DNA from: Candidatus Latescibacterota bacterium
Lineage (GTDB): Bacteria > Latescibacterota > UBA2968 > UBA8231
Reading direction: 5' to 3'
DNA: 64,000 nt
Assembly: GCA_965200315.1 (NCBI GenBank)
Contig: OZ241362.1
Span: 2,347,117 to 2,411,116, forward strand
The notes under the pieces: generated by a model
Seen by the model: only the letters and a program-made list of their open reading frames with translations
The model's database searches: none
What the model was told of the DNA's origin: nothing
Translations under genes and position numbers: made by a program
Shown here: in pieces, positions 58,142 through 64,000 of the stretch
Numbering within the stretch: the first letter of the stretch is position 1
Layout: every line of letters begins with the position of its first letter

Positions 58142-59062
58142 TTACACAAAGGTCAACCATCCGTGCCGGTCTTCGACTCCGACGCGGACCACGGCGAAAA
58201 AAGCGTCTTGTATCTGCGCGGTGATCGGCCCGCACTTTCCACAGCCGATCTGCACTTGGTCTATGGCGCGGATCGGCGTGATTTCGGCGGCCGTGCCAGT
58301 GAAGAAGACCTCATCGGCGATGTAGAGGAATTCGCGCGGAATCCCGCGCTGCTCGACCCGCATCCCCAGATCGCGTATCAGGGTAATGGCGGTGTGGCGG
58401 GTGATGCCCGGCAGGATGGCAAAACACGACTCAGGCGTGTAGATCAAGCCATTTTTGATGACAAAGATATTCTCGCCGCTGCCCTCGCTCACCAACCCAT
58501 CCGTTCCCAAGACAATGCCCTCGTCATAGCCGTTGGCATTGGCTTCGATCCGCACGAGCTGCGAGTTGAGGTAGTTGCCGCCGGCCTTGGCCAAGGCGGG
58601 AAACGTATTCGGGGCCATGCGGTTCCACGACGAGGTGCAAACCGAAACGCCGTTTTTCAGCGCCGCTTCTCCAAGGTACTCTCCCCACTCCCAAACGGCG
58701 ATCACTACGTCAACCGGACACCCCATCGGATCAACCCCCAAGTTCTCATAGCCGCGGAAGACAACCGGGCGAATATAGCAGGCCGCGAGCCGATTGACGC
58801 GGATCGTCTCGAGGATAGCCTCTTTGATTTCCTCTCGCGTATAGGGAATGTCCATGCGGTAGATTTTGGCGGAATCAAATAGCCTGTTGACGTGCTCGTC
58901 AAGGCGGAATACGGCCGAGCCTTTCGCGGTCTTGTAACAGCGAATGCCTTCAAAAACGCTTGAACCGTAGTGTACTACGTGGGAGAGCACGTGGATTTTG
59001 GCGTCGTCCCAATCGACCAATTGGCCATTGAACCAGATCTTATCGCATTTAGGCAGGGGCAT
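58142..59062 (-). CDS. ilvE: branched-chain amino acid aminotransferase
   Basis: [35 protein letters not shown], class IV aminotransferase. ATG at 59062 with AAGGAGG 8 nt upstream. Confidence 0.92.
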   Translation of the reverse strand: MPLPKCDKIWFNGQLVDWDDAKIHVLSHVVHYGSSVFEGIRCYKTAKGSAVFRLDEHVNRLFDSAKIYRMDIPYTREEIKEAILETIRVNRLAACYIRPVVFRGYENLGVDPMGCPVDVVIAVWEWGEYLGEAALKNGVSVCTSSWNRMAPNTFPALAKAGGNYLNSQLVRIEANANGYDEGIVLGTDGLVSEGSGENIFVIKNGLIYTPESCFAILPGITRHTAITLIRDLGMRVEQRGIPREFLYIADEVFFTGTAAEITPIRAIDQVQIGCGKCGPITAQIQDAFFAVVRVGVEDRHGWLTFV

Positions 59063-59137
59063 GTAGAAAACCTCCTTGAGCAAGTACGCGAATAATTAAG
59101 GTAACACCACGGCGAAACCGTTACCAGTGTTAAGCGA

Positions 59138-61108
59138 TTACAACGTTCGCGTATAGGTTACAGTCAAGCTGTTAAACGAGCCGCTGCGCTGGAGACTGCG
59201 GCTGCCGCGCAAGCTGAGCTTGTTGTCGCTGCCGGCCGGATTGTAGTTAAAATTCGCCGCCAGATTCCGGTGTTTGTTGGGAAGGCGACTGAGGGAACGC
59301 AACTGGGCGAGCTCGGAGTATTCGTAATTCCACTGGCGATCGAACCTGTAGGTGTAGGTTGCGCCGGCCGAGTAGTCAGTGCTGGGCGAGTAGGTCATGC
59401 CGAATCTAAGAGTGTATCTGGCGTTTTCCTCTTCGACAATCTGGGTGCCGTTTTCCAAAATCAAGGTGCCGTCATCGTTGGCCGAATAGTTGTAGCGCGC
59501 GTTGAGTGAAAGGTCGTCGAGGATCTTGCGCCGCAGCGAATGCACCATGCTCCAGCCGCGGCGGATATTGCTTTTGCGCGACGACTCGCGGCGATTGACT
59601 TGGCGATCAAAATCGTAAATGATGCGCTTCGCGGAGACGCTGAATCGGTGCGAAAAGGACGCGCCCAATCGCTCGTAATTGGTGCCGATATTGAGCGAAA
59701 TGTCGCGGCTGCGCGAGTTGTCCACAGCGCGGGTGGCGTGCAGGTTCACGCGATGCAAAAAGATATTTTTGAGGTCGACTCTGAGCTTGGCACCCGAGCG
59801 CAGAGTGCCGTCATAGCTGAGGCTCACGCTGTTGTTGAAGGTGTCGCGGTCCTGCTTGGGGTCCCCTGGATTTTCCGAGCGTTTGATCTCGCCAAAGGTC
59901 GCCAATCGCATCGAGTGCCCATCGGCCAAGGGCCAGTTGAAAGAGCCGTTGAGAAAGAGATTGCGATTGATCTCGTCGGAGCTTGGATCGCGGCACGTTC
60001 CGTCCGCCGAGCGCGTGAAGTGGCTATCGCAAAGGCTGGTATCGGGCACCCGCACCGCCAAGCGACGCATGTCGCTGCCTTTGAAGCGAACTCTGGAATT
60101 GAAGACCAGCTTCTCAATCAGCTTGCCCGAAAGGGACGCGTCCCAGCTAAAGTTCTCGCCGAGGCGGTCTTTGCCAAAGAAGCGGTTGTCTAAATCCTGG
60201 ATCGCGTTGGCGGTGTTGGTGTGCTCGTTCTGACTGTACGAGGCGCGGTTTTTTATTTTAAAGCGCCCTAGATCAAACTCCACGTTGGAGGCCAAGCTAG
60301 TGCCGCGCGTTTCCGCCAACTCGGCGCTGACCACCGTGTCGCGCACCACAGCCTCGCCTACTGTAGCCTCGCTGATGGCGCGGCGTGAGAGGCCCCTCTG
60401 AGAGCGGTTTTCAGATAGAGTCAGGCCGACGCGCACCTCGCCGGGAAAGACATAACTCACATTGCCGCTCATCCGCTCACTGCGATCTTTGTTGTGCTCG
60501 AGCGTATCGTCTGTTTTACTCAGCGAAATCGAGTTTTTCAGCTTCTTGCCCGCAATCTCAATGTCGGGCGAGACCCGCAGCGAAGCATTGTAGCGGATCC
60601 CGGTCTCCTTTATGGTGCTGTCGAGGCTGGCGCGGCTAGCGCGGGTGGCCGAGATTAGGCTCGGGGTCAGGTTGGCATTCAGGCTCTTGAATGGACCGCT
60701 GCTCAACGGCTTAGATCTAAATCCAAAGTTAAAGGACTGGCTGCGCGTCTTCTGCTTGTGCAGCGTTACGTTGCGCGTGCTCATGCTGGCACCGAGGCTG
60801 ATGGTGGCCTTTGGGCCGAGAATGGGATAGTTGATTGAAGAGCTGCCCGAGGCATCGTCCTGCCAACTCTTGCCGGTGCTGCGATCGTCGAGGCTAAACT
60901 TCATTCTCGCCCGTGCGTTAATCGTCAGCTTGGAGGTCGAGTCCCCCACCGCCGAGAACCGCACGGGCGTCGAGTAGCTCCAGCTAGGAAACGAATGGTT
61001 CCAAGAGGTTCGGGAACTGGAGCGGTTAAAGTTGAGCGTGTACTGTGCATCGGCCGCCGTCCATGCGACCAACACCAGCCAACCCGCGTACCACAAGACC
61101 GGCTTCAC
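59138..61108 (-). CDS. large outer-membrane beta-barrel protein, unknown family (656 aa)
   Basis: The GTG at 61108 overlaps the rsmA stop (GTGA). Signal peptide KPVLWYAGWLVLVAWTAADAQ. Ser/Arg/Asn/Thr-rich sequence with alternating beta-strand pattern. The 830-aa track ORF is an out-of-frame extension into rsmA. Confidence 0.7.
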   Translation of the reverse strand: MKPVLWYAGWLVLVAWTAADAQYTLNFNRSSSRTSWNHSFPSWSYSTPVRFSAVGDSTSKLTINARARMKFSLDDRSTGKSWQDDASGSSSINYPILGPKATISLGASMSTRNVTLHKQKTRSQSFNFGFRSKPLSSGPFKSLNANLTPSLISATRASRASLDSTIKETGIRYNASLRVSPDIEIAGKKLKNSISLSKTDDTLEHNKDRSERMSGNVSYVFPGEVRVGLTLSENRSQRGLSRRAISEATVGEAVVRDTVVSAELAETRGTSLASNVEFDLGRFKIKNRASYSQNEHTNTANAIQDLDNRFFGKDRLGENFSWDASLSGKLIEKLVFNSRVRFKGSDMRRLAVRVPDTSLCDSHFTRSADGTCRDPSSDEINRNLFLNGSFNWPLADGHSMRLATFGEIKRSENPGDPKQDRDTFNNSVSLSYDGTLRSGAKLRVDLKNIFLHRVNLHATRAVDNSRSRDISLNIGTNYERLGASFSHRFSVSAKRIIYDFDRQVNRRESSRKSNIRRGWSMVHSLRRKILDDLSLNARYNYSANDDGTLILENGTQIVEEENARYTLRFGMTYSPSTDYSAGATYTYRFDRQWNYEYSELAQLRSLSRLPNKHRNLAANFNYNPAGSDNKLSLRGSRSLQRSGSFNSLTVTYTRTL

Positions 61109-61932
61109 GGCCCATCCTTTCCCAAATGCGAGCAGGCGTCGCTCAGCCGGATGAATTCCTCTAGCGACAATTCCTCCGGGCGGCGCGTTAGTTCGATACC
61201 TGCCTGCTGGCCCAGCGCTTCCAGCCAAGGCCGCCCGCCCTCGGGATTGAGACCGAGGAGCGAATTGCGCAGCATCTTGCGCCGCTGGCCAAAGGCTCGG
61301 CGCACCAAGCGGTCGAAACAGTCCATGTCCTGTACCGCGTAGAGGGGCTTGGAAGCAAAGCGCAACTCGACTACAGACGAATCCACGGCCGGCACGGGCC
61401 GGAAGCAATCGCGTCCCACCTGCAAGCTCATCTCCACTTCGGCGCGCATAGTCACCAGCACGGACAACAGGCCGTAATCCTTTGAACCGGGGCTGGCGAC
61501 CAAGCGCCGAGCTACTTCGCGTTGGACCATGACGATGGCACGGCTGATACAATCGGCGTGAGCAAGGAGGTGAAAGATCAATGGAGCGGTGATGTTGTAG
61601 GGAAGATTGCCGACGATCAGCAGGCGGCACCCGCCCGCGTCCCGCAGAACTTCTCTCAGATCAACCTGCAGAATATCTCCTTCGATCAAGCGCAACTTAC
61701 GCGCATCTTGGTGTGCGCGCAGCAAGGCCACTAAGTCGCGGTCAATTTCCACGGCCACCAAGTGATCCACAGCAGCGAGTAGCACTTCAGTCAACGCGCC
61801 CCGGCCCGGGCCAATCTCGACCACCACCTCGCCAGCGGCCGGGCGCACCAACCCCGCAATGGCCTCTATAACACCCCGGGCGACGAGGAAGTGCTGGGCA
61901 AAGCGCAACCGCGGTCGGTGGGCGTTTACCAA
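61105..61932 (-). CDS. rsmA: 16S rRNA (adenine1518/1519-N6)-dimethyltransferase
   Basis: RFAQHFL, VVEIGPGRGALT and GNLPYNI. A TTG at 61932 overlapping the holB stop is a plausible start; the start is uncertain. Confidence 0.9.
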   Translation of the reverse strand: MVNAHRPRLRFAQHFLVARGVIEAIAGLVRPAAGEVVVEIGPGRGALTEVLLAAVDHLVAVEIDRDLVALLRAHQDARKLRLIEGDILQVDLREVLRDAGGCRLLIVGNLPYNITAPLIFHLLAHADCISRAIVMVQREVARRLVASPGSKDYGLLSVLVTMRAEVEMSLQVGRDCFRPVPAVDSSVVELRFASKPLYAVQDMDCFDRLVRRAFGQRRKMLRNSLLGLNPEGGRPWLEALGQQAGIELTRRPEELSLEEFIRLSDACSHLGKDGP

Positions 61933-63065
61933 CGTCGCGCCCTCACCAAGCTGGGGTCGAGTGGAGGCATTAGTGCTGTTCCCCCTCGACGCAAGCCGCG
62001 CCACAGGTCGGTCAACACCAACTGAGGATTGGCATTGTGCCCTAGGGTCTCGGCTGCTCTGTCGATCTCCAAGGCGACTCGGGCTGCGTCTATTTTCTCT
62101 AGCAGGTTTTCCAAATAAGGACGCCGATCTACCTGGACGATAGATGCGCCTTGGCCGTGCGCCAACAGGAAGAGATCCCGTAGATACAGGCCGCAGACCT
62201 GCAAAAAACGCTCTAGCTGTCCCCGATCTCCCCCCAACTCCTCAAGGATGCTCCAATAGACCTCGTCCCGCTGCTCCGAGCCACCACTGAGAAACAACTC
62301 AACTAGCTGCCGCGTCCCGTCAAACGCCCCAGCCGCCACCTCTTTGGCCTGCTGCAACGAACCAGCCCCCATGCGCACAGCCAGTTCCAAACGCTCCCCA
62401 GCCACGCCCTCTTGTTCGAGCTGCGACCGCAAGGTCGCTGCATCTAAGGGACTCAAAATCATGCGCTGGCAGCGCGAGAGCACGGTGGGCAAAAGGCGCT
62501 CTGGTGCAGCCGAAACCAGCGCGATGACGGCCCGGGGTGGTGGCTCTTCCAAGAGCTTGAGCAGCGAATTGGCACCCGCCGGGTGCATTCGATCGGCGGC
62601 GAAGATCAGGCCGACTTTGCGCTGGGATTCCGTCGGCGCAAATGCCAACTCCCTTTGCAACTGGCGCAGGTGCTCCACCGCGATATTGGCGTTGCCGGGG
62701 ATGGCTGCGCCCGCGTCGTGAACGTACTCCACTACGGACTCGCGCAAGTCCGCCAGCGCCAGCCGCTGCTTGCCTCGGCGCGGAGGCAATGGCAATGCGG
62801 TGTGGAGGTCGGGATGTATGAACGAAGCGACCTTGCGACAGCTCGGGCAACGATTGCAGGGAGAAGGGCCGCTGTCCGTACACAACAGAGCCTGTGCCCA
62901 CGCGAGCGCAAAGCGTCGTTTGCCGGTTCCCTCGGCCCCGCAGATGAGAACCGCATGAGGGATGCGGCCCGATTCGAGCCACGCTGTAGCCACGGCCCCA
63001 GCCCGATCTCGACGGGCCAGATCGCTAAACTCCCCAGAGTGCGGGATGCCGCCCGTGCTGTACAA
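61926..63065 (-). CDS. holB: DNA polymerase III subunit delta-prime
   Basis: GRIPHAVLICGAEGTGKR, zinc module CNRCPSCRKV, and SRCQ. TTG start 8 nt after the upstream stop. Confidence 0.88.
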   Translation of the reverse strand: MYSTGGIPHSGEFSDLARRDRAGAVATAWLESGRIPHAVLICGAEGTGKRRFALAWAQALLCTDSGPSPCNRCPSCRKVASFIHPDLHTALPLPPRRGKQRLALADLRESVVEYVHDAGAAIPGNANIAVEHLRQLQRELAFAPTESQRKVGLIFAADRMHPAGANSLLKLLEEPPPRAVIALVSAAPERLLPTVLSRCQRMILSPLDAATLRSQLEQEGVAGERLELAVRMGAGSLQQAKEVAAGAFDGTRQLVELFLSGGSEQRDEVYWSILEELGGDRGQLERFLQVCGLYLRDLFLLAHGQGASIVQVDRRPYLENLLEKIDAARVALEIDRAAETLGHNANPQLVLTDLWRGLRRGGTALMPPLDPSLVRARRW

Positions 63066-63073
63066 GCCAATCC

Positions 63074-64000
63074 TTATTCCTGCAACAGGCTCTCTTGGTT
63101 GTCCAGAGCAAAAAAGTGGGCTTTGTCTATCTCGACGACCAACCGCACCGTTTGGTCAACTTGCGGCATGTGTAGCGGATCGACGCGGGCGACAAAAGCG
63201 GTTTTGCCGGTGGTCAGATTGAGAAAGACCTCGTTGCCCATGGGTTCGACCACTTCGACCTTAGCCGCAATTTCGACGGTCTCGACATTGCGGCCAATGG
63301 TATCCGGGTCGTGGATGTCTTCCGGGCGAATGCCCAGCGTCACTTCCTGACCCAAGTAGCTGCCTAGCTGTTCGCCGTGGCCGGCGGGCAGGGTGAGTTG
63401 CACACTGCCTTCGTCGAAGACTAGACCGCTGCCGTTAGAGGTCAGCTTGCCGCGGATGAAGTTCATGGAGGGGCTGCCGATAAAGCCGGCGACGAACTGG
63501 TTGACGGGTTTGTTGTAGAGATGGAGAGGCTTGTCAATCTGCTGGATTAGGCCATCGCGCATAACCACGATGCGGTCTCCCATGGTCATGGCCTCGACTT
63601 GGTCGTGCGTCACGTACACCATGGTGGCCCCTAAGCGGGTGTGCAACTTGCTGATCTCGGTGCGCATCTGCACCCTCAGCTTGGCGTCGAGGTTGGAGAG
63701 CGGTTCGTCAAAGAGGAATACCTTGGGCTTGCGGACGATCGCACGCCCCACTGCCACGCGCTGGCGCTGACCGCCCGAAAGCGCTTTAGGCTTGCGCTCT
63801 AGCAAGTCTTGGATGCCGAGTATATCGGCCGCTTCTTGCACCCGCGCCTCAATCTCGTCTTTGGGATATTTCCGCAGCTTAAGGCCAAAGGCCATGTTTT
63901 GATAGACGCTCATGTGCGGGTAGAGCGCGTAATTCTGGAATACCATGGCGATGTCGCGGTCCTTGGGGGGCACGTCGTTGACGATCGTCCCATCTATCGA
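63074..64000 (-). CDS. ABC transporter ATP-binding protein, MalK/UgpC-like; N-terminus beyond the right edge
   Basis: [37 protein letters not shown], and a C-terminal regulatory/TOBE-like domain. The frame is open to position 64000, so the Walker A motif is not in the window. Confidence 0.9.
   Translation of the reverse strand, partial: SIDGTIVNDVPPKDRDIAMVFQNYALYPHMSVYQNMAFGLKLRKYPKDEIEARVQEAADILGIQDLLERKPKALSGGQRQRVAVGRAIVRKPKVFLFDEPLSNLDAKLRVQMRTEISKLHTRLGATMVYVTHDQVEAMTMGDRIVVMRDGLIQQIDKPLHLYNKPVNQFVAGFIGSPSMNFIRGKLTSNGSGLVFDEGSVQLTLPAGHGEQLGSYLGQEVTLGIRPEDIHDPDTIGRNVETVEIAAKVEVVEPMGNEVFLNLTTGKTAFVARVDPLHMPQVDQTVRLVVEIDKAHFFALDNQESLLQE

Noticed and set aside
59084-59137. Terminator between the large barrel gene and ilvE
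   Set aside because: Only a 6-bp stem (GGTAAC/GTTACC) with a 14-nt loop is present. This is too weak to call.
61109-61630. N-terminal 174 aa of the 830-aa track ORF 59138-61630
   Set aside because: This part overlaps rsmA out of frame and is Arg/Pro/Ala-rich junk. A GTG at 61108 followed immediately by a signal peptide gives a sensible start.

Overview
GC-rich chromosomal window from a diderm bacterium. Type IX secretion hallmarks (a C-terminal sorting domain and two PorV-like barrels) plus a GGGPS-family gene suggest the FCB superphylum; this placement is inference. I call about 55 protein genes, 3 tRNAs and 1 SRP RNA. All but three genes (hemH, a beta-propeller-like gene, lysA) lie on the minus strand, often with overlapping stop and start codons. 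From left to right the content is: (1) a low-GC two-ORF cassette; (2) a CusCBA-type heavy-metal RND efflux operon headed by a small Cys-rich secreted protein; (3) a P-loop protein, hemH and glycosidase/esterase-like genes; (4) degP and clpB; (5) a 600-bp non-coding gap with a sigma-54-type promoter motif; (6) a DUF433/DUF5615 toxin-antitoxin pair; (7) a long housekeeping array running tadA, tRNA-Ser x2, tRNA-Ala, SRP RNA, dnaX, recR, pgsA, pgpA, recA, recX, alaS, GGGPS-like, ptsH, ptsI, metK, then a lipoprotein and a PorV-like barrel; (8) a carbamoyltransferase/SxtJ-like pair and lysA; (9) two peptide-type ABC permeases and a TPR lipoprotein; (10) a second long array running malK/ugpC-like ATPase (partial), holB, rsmA, large OM barrel, ilvE, family-5 solute-binding protein, an eight-gene cluster built around an orphan MutL/GlmL-like ASKHA ATPase with five membrane proteins, then a TonB-dependent receptor, a 1085-aa T9SS cargo protein and a second PorV-like barrel, ending at a strong intrinsic terminator. 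I saw no rRNA, CRISPR array, transposase, integrase or phage genes. The best candidate for an undescribed system is the MutL-like/membrane-protein cluster (49170-56261) and its coupling to the TBDR/T9SS-cargo/PorV triad. Many long ORFs in the supplied track are antisense or out-of-frame shadows typical of GC-rich DNA and were not called. Start codons were re-picked by eye where the track used the most upstream GTG/TTG.
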